This document shows positions 38,793-50,990 of a stretch of 64,000 nt of DNA, piece by piece (position 1 is the stretch's first letter; every line of letters begins with the position of its first letter). The notes beneath the pieces were generated by a model. The model made no database searches. It saw only the letters and a program-made list of their open reading frames with translations, and was not told the origin of the DNA. Source of the stretch: Bugula neritina (taxonomy: Eukaryota > Animalia > Bryozoa); the NCBI GenBank assembly GCA_964035545.1, contig OZ037766.1, positions 4,702,722 to 4,766,721 on the forward strand, written 5' to 3'. A program made the position numbers and the translations under genes.

Positions 38793-41700
38793 ATGCCTGA
38801 TGAACCAGATGCTGAACGTACTGAGAGGAGAAAGCGACTGCAGTTTATGTGCAACAGCAAAGATCCAGATGCTGTGAAATGTCGACTCTACCTCACTGGC
38901 ATACAAACAAAGTATCTTCAACGCAATGACATCGCCCCATTGTTCGCACCCTTTGGCAAAGTTTATGGTCAGTAGAAAGTGTAGCATACTTTTTTTTCAT
39001 CTCATCTCACATTCTTGTGAGTTTATACTTTATAGTCACTATCCCTGTGAAAACCCTGATGCAAAGGTTTTTTAAAAAATGGGCTGAGGACTTTTTCTAA
39101 TGTGGCGCAAAAGCAACTATTACTAGATGCTCTTGCTAGCATCACCGTCGGTGTTCGAACTCGAACCACTGACCTCGTGTTTACTCGGCCAGCACTCTAA
39201 CCTTTACACCACGGCTGCTCCCGATTTAGCCAACGCTGTTAACAATCTTTATTTTAAATGCTTTCCTTATTTTTGTATTTTACTTTTTTCTGTTTATCTA
39301 GATATTGCCATTCACCCTGGATATGTATTCATACAGTATGATAATTTAGAGTCGTCTCTCTCCGCTATTGGTAAACTTGACAACACCAAGTTCAAGGAAA
39401 GTACTATGGGTGAGTACATTTACTCTACGTATCGATACGATTTCTATTCTGGTTGTATTTCATAGCTGTCTCTCTGATACGATCATCAGATGCCAATGTT
39501 ATATGAACTCAATCTGATTTTGTTCCTCACCTACCTCCTCTCTGTCCTTTTCTCATTTCTATTATTCTTCTGTTTAGTTCTAAAACTGGCTGAGAAAGGA
39601 AAGAGAATGGATAAGGCGGATAAAGAAGTGTGTAGATTTTTTCAAAGGGGAGGATGCATGAGAGGAAACAGCTGTAACTACCTGGTAACATCTCTTGTTA
39701 CATCACTTTACTCTATCATGTCTGCACATGCGCGTGTTACTCAATATGAGCTGTGTGACTTTAGATAGATTTTGAATGCTGGTGCCAAAATATGTAGACA
39801 CCTCAATCAATGAAGTTCTAAAACCCAGATTGCTGTTAATATTTTACTGCTACTTATATGTGATTAGTCCTTGACCTCCATGTAACCTTGAACTCTATGT
39901 GACCCTTTCCATGGTTTATTATTAGCACGTGAACGCCCAAGGGCTTGACGCCAGGTCAGCTAATGGTCAGCAAGGAGGTGGCCGAGATCAAAGCAGGGAT
40001 AGGGGGCGCTCGGAGAGTATTAGAGGCAAATCTAATGATGTAAGAGGCAGCAGGCCTGTCAGCAGTAGACCTCGAGACGATGACATCGGACTTCTCGGGA
40101 GTCACGGTGGTGGGTTTATACTGATTCAATTATGTGTAAGCTGATGGTATGTTAAGTCACCATCAGTGAAATCTGTGTAAAACTTTACCTTGTAAGAATT
40201 AAATCTGCTGCGGCGTTTTTACTGCAATGCACTCTCTTTTCGAGTTCCAAATCTGTTTACAAGACGGAAGGTATTAATTTTAATAGACAATCAATGAGAC
40301 AGTTTTGAGGAACCATTTTGTATTCTGAATCTTTAATATATACTCTGTCAGGTACAAGTCAATTAGAAATTTATTTTCAAGTATATCACAATGCATGTAA
40401 ATAATGCTGTTCAATTACTAGGGATTTTAATAAGTTACCTTACAAGTACAATACAAGGAAAATAGAAGTTGTCACCTCTTGCTGTGTGAATTGGTTCATA
40501 TGAAAAAGTTATTGCCCCATATTAGATAGTCTAGTCACTAGTCTCAGCAAGCCTTAGGTATGAATAAGGGACTTTACTTTTAGAATTTAGACTTGAGAAT
40601 GAACATGTGTTTCTGTGTCTATAACCTGATCTATAACCCAGTCTATAACCTAGTCTATAACCTAGTCTATAACCTAGTCTATAACCTAGTCTATAACCTA
40701 GTCTATAACCTAGTCTATAACCTGGTCTATAACCTATTCTATAACCTGGTCTATAACCTGGTCTATAACATAGTATATAACATAGTCTATATCCTAGTCT
40801 ATAACCTAGTCTATATCCTAGTCTATATCCTAGTCTCACTATTCATACGCAGGACACCGTAGTTCTGATAGAGACAGGAAGAGTGTAGAAAGGCCGCTGC
40901 TGCCCATTCCTGCTGACAGACCCAGTAAAAGGTGAGCATATGAACAATGGCAGCATCGAGTCAGGCTGTTATAGACACATGACTTAGTTTTTGGCTGATT
41001 GTGAAGTTATCTGCTCCCAGTCATTCTCGCAAACTCCCAATCTCTATTATCATTGTGTCTAGTTGTACTAGCTTTTAGTTATCAGTCAGCTAGTAGGACT
41101 AAAGTTACCTAAATTAAACTTTACTGACTGGAACAGAGCAGCAATGGTGGTTCTTATGAAGACTATGCTGTTATATGCTGCCAGTAGACAGCTATTTACG
41201 AGTATATACTATATAATGCTTATGTCCTGTCACTGACTATACTATACCATACCTACTGTACGTTACTATATTGTACATTACTATATATTATACTTACTAT
41301 AATGTTACTATATTATACTTCTTATGCCATGCCATGTTCATGCCTACTAATTATATAGCCAGTATTTACACTGAATTTCACAATGTTTTTTCATGTCTGT
41401 GATATGTAATAAATCAATCAATGAATGCTATGCTATACTTTTCTTGTTATCATGTAGAATAATCATTTCAGACCCCATGACCCTGAAGTTGAAGACTATG
41501 GTAAGAGACTGAGACCCTCTGACTACAGCAGTGGTGCTCCTGTTGTTTCAGAAAGGGGAAGGTGAGTAAGTCACGAGATGATCTTGGAATACACCTCCTT
41601 GGTCATCAGCAGCTGCTGTGACGGAGAAAGTTTCTCAGTCTCTGCATTTGTGTGAAAAGATTTTCTCAGAAAGTGTCCCTATCGATAACATTAAAAAACT

Positions 41701-44700
41701 TGCTCTACAACACAAGAGATATAAATATCAGCATGTTGATTTTCATGTCCTTATGTATTGCGTGATTAAATTGAACTGTTTATTACAGTGTCACTACATT
41801 GTGCTAGTCGCTGCACTCAACTTTGAAAATTGTGAATCAAAACATATTTAAGTTTTGTAATATTTAGTTAGAGTTAAGAACATTTGACTCCCTGTATAGC
41901 AGTTATGACTTTTGAAGATTTTTCACAACTTGCTATAATGATCAGCTCAGTTATTTGTTTTATGATGCAAGAAATAACACTAAATAGAAGCAACACTACT
42001 AGGTTTATTGCTATGTTATTTTGAGAATTACATTGCCATCAACAACCAATTCTATCGCTTCTATTTGACCAGCTACTACAAAGTACTTCAAATCTTGAGA
42101 ATATATTTTATCAACTGTTACCTAAGCTGGATAATTAGCTCACTTTGTAAATTATTTTCCTTCTTGATTCAAACAGTATATCTTAGGTCCCTGTTTCAGT
42201 CTTCAACCTTTGAGCTGTACATTCTGTACCAAATAAGCATTTCAACTTTTGGTGTGTGAGTTTGAATTTCACCCACTTTAGGGACAGTTTCCCTAGCATC
42301 AGTTCTTTCAATTCTGATGAGGAATATTTGTTATGGAGGAATGGTTCTAATATACAAGTATTTAAAATATTTCGTATTATTAATTATGGTTCCAATTTTT
42401 TTCATTGATCCCATTTGTTTCTTTCTAAGGTGTATTCGATTTCAACAACAGCTTCACTTTCTTAAAAATATACATCATTGGTTGTTGTACTTGTAGAGGT
42501 CGCCCATCACTTGATGACGAGTACAGAAGACCACTGCCAGTATCTCCGAGGTCACATATCTCAGACCCCATGTAAGTGCTAAACTTCTCATCACATTTGA
42601 TGATATGACTCCCTATTGTAATAAAGTTACACGCCTGAGGTACTTATTGCATAACATGTTGATCAGCTTACGCCTTACAGGAACATACCACACAGTTGGC
42701 TCTAATGTAACTGGTACTGAGCTGTATTGTCATTGGCTCATCTCTCGCAGTTGGCTCTGATTTAAGGCAATACTCTCAGTACTGGGAAAAATAAATGTTT
42801 TTGTCATCATTAGATATCTTTTCTATTTTTTCCTTATATATTCAGGACATTTTTGTGATTGCAGGCTAACGCCCCAGAGGCGTGAAGCGCCCCCTGTTGA
42901 CCTGAGACCTCCGTATGACTGCGTACTCATTGCCGGACACGAAACTCAGAGGTGTGGCAAGTAACACCCCTTATTGCATGTGGTTGAGTTGTCTGTACAT
43001 GTCTGCTGGATTGTGTCAAGAGTTACCAACTCTTGTCTTGGTGAGTGGACTGACGTTCAGTAATTGTCTCCACATTTGACTTACAGGAGTTATTGCAATG
43101 CTATCAACAAGAGATTGTCTGAGTTTGGCATGCTGACAAACGTGCAGGTGGTTAATGGAGAGCACCTGTTGAAGCGTGCCGTAGAGGAGGCTGCTCGTCA
43201 TACCGTGCCTTACACTATCTGTGTGACTGCTAACAACGAGGAGCACCGTTCACTCACTCTCAATATCCTGCATGGTGTAGCTCAGGGTGAGTTACTACAT
43301 CTACTTTGCATGCAATGGGTAGAGGAGTGTTTCATTTTTACTGCTACACACTGTAATCTAATACTGAATGCGTATATGGCAATCATGGCAATATTGCTAT
43401 TACAATTCCCAAGTAGTTTTTTGTATCTAATCATTGATTTGCAAAGTAATCTTTTTGATTTACAAATCTGTCATTTGATACCTTCAGAAGGAGCAGCATA
43501 TATTAAGATATGCTCTAATGTGCTACTAGCTGCTGGTATTGTAGCATCTCATAAGCCACTTCCCCACATGGTCAGTTAGCAGTCTTTACCACTGCAACGT
43601 TGTGTCATTTCAACAAATACATGATATTGTTTATTGAAAAATTTACAATTTTTTCGCCTGGCTGGAATTCTGGACGCTTTCAACTTGATGAGCGCTGGTC
43701 TGTTAGAAACTACTGAACACAAACAAAAAATCTTACAAAGGGGAAAAATGTCACTTTTGAAATCTTTTCAAAATCTCATAGCCTAAAAGGAACTTGCACT
43801 GTTACATGTGATCTGGACATAATATTGACATGTGCAGTTCTCAAAGCAGTTGAAAGAATTATTCTTACTTCATTAATTTTGCTTTGTATTTATTTGATGA
43901 AACAAATTTTTAGTGCATTTTTGTAGCTGACTAGGAGCCAAGATTCTTTTATACATTTTTCTGAACTGCTTATGTAGCACCAAAGATTTCTAATTATAGT
44001 TGTAGTGAGCATTGCAGCTCAGTCATTTGTCCATCTATTATATATTTTGTTTATTTTTATGTATTATTTCTTATGTGCATTTTGCTGAAACCAACAATTT
44101 TCAAGATATTTTACTCAAGGTAAAAACTTGTCTAATTTTATTTATTTTGTATAAAGTATGAAAAACTTTCATTCATATAACGGACCTGCTCAGCTGTGGA
44201 TTTTTGAACACACTACAGTAGCAAAATTGGAATAAGGTAAATTTCGAGTTGTCACTCAGTTTTAATTCTGGAGCCGCGGGTGCTAAAAGATGCCATCGGA
44301 AATATAGAATGCAAATTTCTTATGTGTTGCACTGAAACTTCAACTACAATTGTTTCTTCAAAGTGAATTGCTTTCCCTAACTTATCATAAAACAAAAATT
44401 CTCAAGTTGGCCAAAAACTTTTAATGTGGATATGAGTTAGAATTTAGACTTTTCTTGACAGATAATTATTTTGCTTTGGATGGAGTTTGTGGTCTTTGTT
44501 TAGCTACTCAAATACATGCGATTGAACATCAAAAATATTATGTGACAAAATAAGAAAACTAATGTTAGCCATTGATGTGGTTTAAAGCTATGTTACACCA
44601 AATAAATATTCGGTTATATCACTATTTCTATATATAAGTTAGGGCAAGTGCACTCTAATTCATAAAACAATTGCTAAAAAGACACTTTATATTTGGAAAA

Positions 44701-46706
44701 TTATTGCCTCTTACTCAAGCTGATATTTGTTTTATAAATATAAGTTGTAATTCTTAAAGAAATAATGAATTAATGGTAACCTGGTTGCCTTATTGCAGTA
44801 AGCTAGTGTTATAATATTTTAGCATATGGAATATAATGTGTTTTATTTGATAAAACCCATAGTTTTACTAACTTAGTAATGCAAAAATAACTATTATATA
44901 ACTTTTAAAGAAAGAAATTATTTTTAGCATTGGCTGTTAAATATATTGTGTTGCTACACTTCATTATTCCAGAAGAATAAATGAAACTTGAAAGAAAACC
45001 GTCCTCAGCAGAATATAGCCACATTAGCTACAATAGTAATAATAAAAATAGTTAGCAAAAAGCACTGGGTTGAATACATGATAAACAACCATTGCCATGT
45101 TTCAACAAAAGCTAAACAAAAATGATTTAGGTTCTCACCATGCATAATGCAACATTTAAAGCAATACAAATGGCTGCCAAGGTGGGTAGCAATCGTCATC
45201 GAATTGAGTAGCTTTTATTGAAATTGTAGTCACGAAAAACACCAAAGATGAAAGTAACCCCACAGCTCTTAATAATTAATGGATAAAAAAATGGTACATC
45301 TTACTGTGACTTCGATGAATTGCTATAAGCTACCAACATTTTCATGTCTGTAATTTTCATGTCAGTAACTTGTTTGGCAAATCAAATCAATTACTAAAAC
45401 TAGTTTAACTAAACTCTATATAAAAAATATGCTGAGGTGGTAGTATAAATCTACCTAATTGAAATTTGTAATGTTTCATGTGTGGAATCTTTTTACATTT
45501 CTTTCTGTAAGAAAAGGTGATAACAGATTTCATAATAGTTATGGAATTGCCTGATTATTGAAAATTTGAATTCTGAATATTATATTTAATAGTCTGAAAT
45601 TTCTACTTTAATCAAATATTTTTAACATAATATTTTGAAAGCCTTGACACATTCAATGTTTACTACTCATAATTGAAACTAATAGCACTTACCAAACTTT
45701 AAAAATGGACTGTTAAGTATTTCTGGCATATCTGTATTTTAGACAAGCTTTCCTAGAATGTTAAACTGCTTTGTATTTGCTATAGAACATCGTAATATGC
45801 CTTTGGAGGATGCTATGCCTTTTTTGTCTCGAAACTTTGACAAGTTTGTGGAAATGATGAAGAAAAAGATTTCTACTATTAATCAATGGGAGCCACCGGG
45901 TGCAAAAAATGCTTGCTTTTTAAACCTTTTGGCTGAAGGTCGGCGGATAACTTTGGCTGAGTTACAAGAAGTTGACAAATATATTCAAGTTCTAATAGAA
46001 AAGTTGAAAGCTTCAGAAGCTGCTTGGGCTAAAAGTTCTCGATTAGCTGGCTTGAGAGAAGATGCAGCTCATTCCAGTGCTGTACCTCGTGAGGAAGATC
46101 GCCGAGTAAATCGCTTATTTGCTGGCAGGGAGCAGGCGTTGACGGAGAGAGAGCGCTTATTACTTGAAAGAGATCGTAGGCATATATCTGGTGAAAGAGA
46201 GGTATCTGGTAGAGAGCGAGAGTTGTTAAAGAAAGAGCCAGGGTTCTTAGATCGACCGGGAATTGATAGAGAGCTAGACCTGGTTGGAAGAGAAAGAGGT
46301 CTTCAAGGAAGAGACCGAATGATCACTGAGCAAAGTAGTAAGATTTTAGACAGAGCCCGGCGAGATACATCAGGTTACTATGCTTTCTGTGTTTCAAGTT
46401 GATTTTATTAAAAATTGTCATGTATTTAGTTTTATAAAAATTGATTCCTTGAGACCTTTTTGATTAGTTAAACTATTTGCCATATAGTGTGATTATGTTT
46501 TGTCAGAATATGGAGCTCCAATGAGATCTGAAGTGGCATACAGTCGAAATGAGGATCGATTTACTTCAAGAAACGGCAGTCAAAATTCAGCTTCTCAGTC
46601 AGAAATCAACTTGGAAAGTCCTGCAGTTAAGAGAGTTTTAAGCGACTTGCTAAGTTCATCTAGAGGAAATGCTGGTCAGAATTCGGGCAGCAGAAGATTG
46701 TTCTGA
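38793..46706 (+). CDS. NCOA5: Nuclear receptor coactivator 5-like protein (RRM + CCCH zinc finger + NCOA5 domain), ~630 aa, 11 exons
   Basis: Exons 38793-38967, 39302-39409, 39578-39684, 39926-40109, 40853-40931, 41472-41561, 42497-42571, 42865-42951, 43087-43286, 45786-46373, 46507-46706 (1893 nt, open). PYDCVLI...EEHRSLTLNILHGVAQEHRNMPLEDAM matches NCOA5 (PVDCSVI...HRSCTVNIMFGTPQEHRNMPQADAM). N-terminal hnRNP-C-type RRM (NSKDPDAVKCRLYL...HPGYVFIQY) and CRFFQRGGCMRGNSCNYLH. Confidence 0.9.
38990..39222 (-). mobile_element. tRNA-derived SINE in the first coding intron of NCOA5
   Basis: Minus strand GGGAGCAGCCGTGGTGTAAAGGTTAGAGTG (A box) ... GGTTCGAGTTCGAACAC (B box), then a non-tRNA body and a GAGATGAGATGAAAAAAAA tail. 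No acceptor-stem closure and no clear TSD. Confidence 0.7.
40617..40836 (+). repeat. 12-bp minisatellite (GTCTATAACCTA, ~18 units) in NCOA5 intron
   Basis: Directly visible; explains the RLGY and YNLV ORFs. Confidence 0.96.
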
Positions 46707-47460
46707 AGACTTTATTAAAGACCTTTGTATATACTACTTATTCTTAACTCTATGAACTACGTAGTCCTTCTTTGCCTTAGATTATATCATATTCGAAATA
46801 AAAAAATTCAAATTTGTGAATATGATTAGGCTATACGTTTTCATTTTAAATGTATCCGAAACACTTTGTTTAATAGTTTTGTGGGGGCTGCTGGATTGTA
46901 ACTCAAAATGCTAACTCCAAACCGCAAAAGCCATAAAGTCAGTCTATTCTTCTACAATTAGAACTAATAGACAATGGCATTTATCATGAAAGATAGGCTG
47001 TCTGTATCTCTTGAATATTGGTGATATATTTGTTAGTGACATTTTTAGAGAACATCTATAAATATGATCACCAAACTATTAGTTATTAGTCAATTGGTGC
47101 CATTTCCCCAGCCGCTGTAAATTATTCAACCCACTCACTGACTAGTTATCTGACATGAGATTTTCAATAATCACATTAGGTGGTTATTCCAAACATATTT
47201 TATCAGACAAGTCGAACTATACTCGAAATCAAGGATAAGTTAAGTATATTATAAGCACATTTTATTATGATACAGCTTATCTCTCTATATTCTACATCAA
47301 GTCTAAATGAGTTATCTTTTCTAAATAGTGATAAGATCCCACTTAAAAATGCCATCACTGAAATTGCTTCATCACAAAAGAGCAAGTTAAATACTGGATT
47401 TATTACTCCTCAGTAAAATAGTGACTGTTACTAAATTGGGTATGATCTCTTGGTAAATAT

Positions 47461-49835
47461 TTATTCAGTTAGAGTGAGATTATTAGAAGATAGGTAGTAG
47501 TGTTTTATGTTTGATTTTGAAAGTGGTTTACTGTAATAAATCTCTTCATCTGATGATTCACACTGGTCCAGCGTTTTGTTATCTTCTGTTAACTGACTTT
47601 CTGTTTCAGAATTTTCTTCTGGAAGATCTAGTGATCCTTCAATTAATTCATCAATAATATCAGAATTGTCTGAACTGTCTTCATAATGCGTTATACTGGG
47701 CTTATATGGTTTCAATGTACTGTCGTTCATTGTGCTGAGATTGGTCATGCTTGACCTTAAAATGTTAGAAAATTTGTCTAAATTTGAGCACCACATAGAC
47801 GATTCGTTTTGTTCAACTGTGGGGGAGACTGGTGACTCCAACTGATGACTCTCATCCATAGAAGTTTGTAGCATTAGTTCACCAATGCCAACGTCTAGAA
47901 AATAATCTTCATCATAAGCATCGTCGTCTGTTTCAGTACTACTGGTATCACCTTCATAATCGCCATCAGTGCTATGCCCATCTTGATTTTCGTCATCAAT
48001 TCCTTTGTCTTTAGAGCTAGATGTTTTTACAGCGTATTCATTTTCACATGGTTCATCGATAGAGTCTTCTCCAGTTAAGTCGATGCCAGAGTCAGCTTTT
48101 TCTGCTGGAGAATTATATTTACAAGGCTTTGGATCAGTGCATCGGGAATCAAAGAATGAAAGAACCAAGTTTGAATGGCGAACCTACAAAATGTTATTGA
48201 AAGTTAACCAACATAGAAGCTCGAAGACTTTACAATGATTTCTTGTTGCAGTGTTATAAATTGTCGAATGAATATGCCTGTAAAGTGTAAACCACTGGTA
48301 AAATTGTGATCATCTACAGTGAAAATTTTATTAGATTTCAGCACATTTTTTATAGGATGATTCGACTGCAAAAAAATTTTTCAAAAAATATATCTTACGA
48401 CCATTTTTAATGCATTAAATATAATATTGGCATTGTCCGTATAACCCGACCATAGCAAATTTTAAAGCATTATTACCCTTTCCGGCTGCTGCAAAAGATG
48501 GTACAAGTATTGATCTAACATTAGTTCTCTCTTTTCTGCTAGTGTTCGCTTGTCCTTGATGAATAAACTGGCAAAGCTTTCTCGTATACCTGGAATGAGC
48601 AACTCAATAATAGTATCTACTAATAGTCATGAGACAATATTTTTAAGTTGAAAAATGAAACTTGTTGCTTAAATAAAAAACATTACTGACGAATTTGCTT
48701 TCAAACACCTATTTTGATAAGTCCAGGCATTCTATCTTTGTAAAAAACATCCCCTCCAATGCAGCATTTAGAATTTGTCGAGCATTTAAATAGTTGTGTT
48801 CTATTATTTAATCATATGAATAGCAGCATTTAGGAGATTTCCATAATCTTTTTATTCCAGTCTTGAAATAATCATGAAATAGCTACTATATGTGCATCAA
48901 AACATCAACTAAGAAATTTTCTGCCTTTAGTAGTGAAAAATATTTTTTTCTAAATGTTTCTAAATTCTAATCTAAATCTAAATTTTCATGAAGTTATTCA
49001 TTGTTAAATCAAAAAGTTAAGAAGCCTACAAGTCTCAAACTTTCTTACAGCCAAACGAAGCATTCATTAGCTATTGTTTGTTTCAATGGCATATATAGTT
49101 ACAAAAGATCTAATTGTGATTAGAATCTTAATGAGTTGGCTGTTCTACACATGTTATGAGTGTTGCAGCAATAGACACAATGTACACTTTGTCAGATAAT
49201 CAAAAACATAAGAAAGCTGGGCTCGTCTAATACTACTGAGCCTGCTACTGCCACATCAGGCTAATTGTGTCTGAAAGGACTACAGATTTCCTTCATTCAA
49301 AGTTGGCCTCTTATTCACAGCCCAAGTGTTAAAGTACTGCATATGAAAACTATTTATTAAGCTAGCTAAAAGTATGTCAAAAAGTTTGAAACATGTTAAA
49401 GTAATGGTTTTGCCAAGGATTCGAAGCAACTATTCTCTTCTAGATCAAACTCATATTCTATACAATCTAAGAAGGGCTAATTCATGAACTACAACATTCA
49501 AGGATAAGATTCACTGCGCATAATTTCACGAATTCAATACCATCGGAGTAATGAGCATATTACGATTACAAAGTTTGAATTCTTAATTACTTACTAGTCT
49601 TGAGGTTGAGTTTTGAGTTTCGTAACTCTGGAAACAGCTTAATCAGTTCATTGTGGAAGTGCTGAAGCTCATTAAATTTCCTTTTTATGGAGACAGAGCG
49701 ATCATCTGTCCACTCTAAGTCAAGAACGTACATATACTCATTTTCGCCGTGTACTTTGGTAAATCCTGTACACCGAGCCACAGTCAATGCAAGGTTAGTC
49801 ACGGTGGTTGAGGTACAGGTGCTGCTGGCCGACAT
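47461..49835 (-). CDS. PX (Phox homology) domain protein with long acidic Ser-rich tail, ~358 aa, 3 exons
   Basis: Exons 49835-49595, 48589-48477 and 48183-47461 (1077 nt, open). YMYVLDLEWTDDRSVSIKRKFNELQHFHNELIKLFP...AEKRELMLDQYLYHLLQQPERVRHSNLVLSFF is a complete PX fold of the p47phox/Tks/PXDC1 type. Confidence 0.85.
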
Positions 49836-50918
49836 TGCTCTCACATTGTGATGCCAGCAGAACAACGCTTGCTGTCTGATTGTAAATTATGTTATTGTTA
49901 TTTACTAATTACCGGCTCCAAGTAATTGTTGTGAAAAGTTGACTGCTCACTAGAAAAACATGTAAGGCAGCAGAAGTTGTTTATACATCCATACAGTTCT
50001 CCCGAGACCGTTGTGGCTCTTGTTATCAGAAGGAATATTGTTGGATATAATGTATCAAGTTCGAACAAGAGAATTGACTGAATACGGTTGAGGCGTTAGC
50101 TTAGTTCTATTCTTTCTTCATGAATACTAAATATACACTCAGCTGCACGCTTCAACTAGCTTTTTGAATAGCAGAAGAATAATAAATGAAGGATTGGTTG
50201 GAAGCTAATAGAAGGGGCGGTGCTTATGAAGAGTGTCGGATTTGCTAGGACTATTTGCTCAGGCACAGTGTCTACATAACAGCTCCTTCCCTACATCATG
50301 CAATAATCACTACCTCTCAACCTCTCACTTGAATATGACAAAAGTTTAAGTAGAGCAAAACCACTACAATAATGTGATACTGTCTAAACTAACAGCTGAA
50401 GTATAAATTACACAATAACAAAATTATTGTAAGGGAAAGTTTAGTATTGTAATAATTGCTACCATTTGAAGCACAGAAATGTTACCTTTAAAGGAAATCG
50501 AATCAGTTTTAATGAATTTGTTATGCTTAAGTGTTGACAATTATCTTAATTAATTTTGTTGGACATGAAAATTTGTTTGAATTCGAATGAAATCAAAATT
50601 ATCTTGACAAAAATTGAGTGTAGCACAAAGATCTTAAGTCATTCAGTTATTAGTCAAGCTGCCCATAGATTGGTAGCTCCAGCCATTTAGCCAAACAATT
50701 ACATATTTTATATTAGGCTAAAGGTATTTCTGTTGAAAGGCAAGTAAACTTTAAAATACAAGCTTAAAAGGTCAAGTGGTAACATTTTTTACAAGACAGG
50801 TAATCATAAAATAAGAAATTGCCTATCCGATTCTATCAATTTGAAAAAGTCATTTGACTAAATTCTAAAGAGAATATCTTTGCATACGAGTTTTCTACAG
50901 AGAGAAATCATGCTCTTC

Positions 50919-50990
50919 AATCTGGAAGTGGGATGGCGAGATATTCAGGGTTTAAATCTGAAAGTAGTGCGGCAAGATATTCAGGGGTTA
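50919..50990 (+). repeat. Imperfect 36-bp tandem duplication
   Basis: AATCTG(G/A)AAGT...AGATATTCAGGG(T/G)TTA occurs twice. Confidence 0.75.

Noticed and set aside
39140-39222. Functional tRNA gene on the minus strand
   Set aside because: A and B boxes are present, but there is no closed acceptor stem, the B box is duplicated, and it continues into a SINE-like body and tail.
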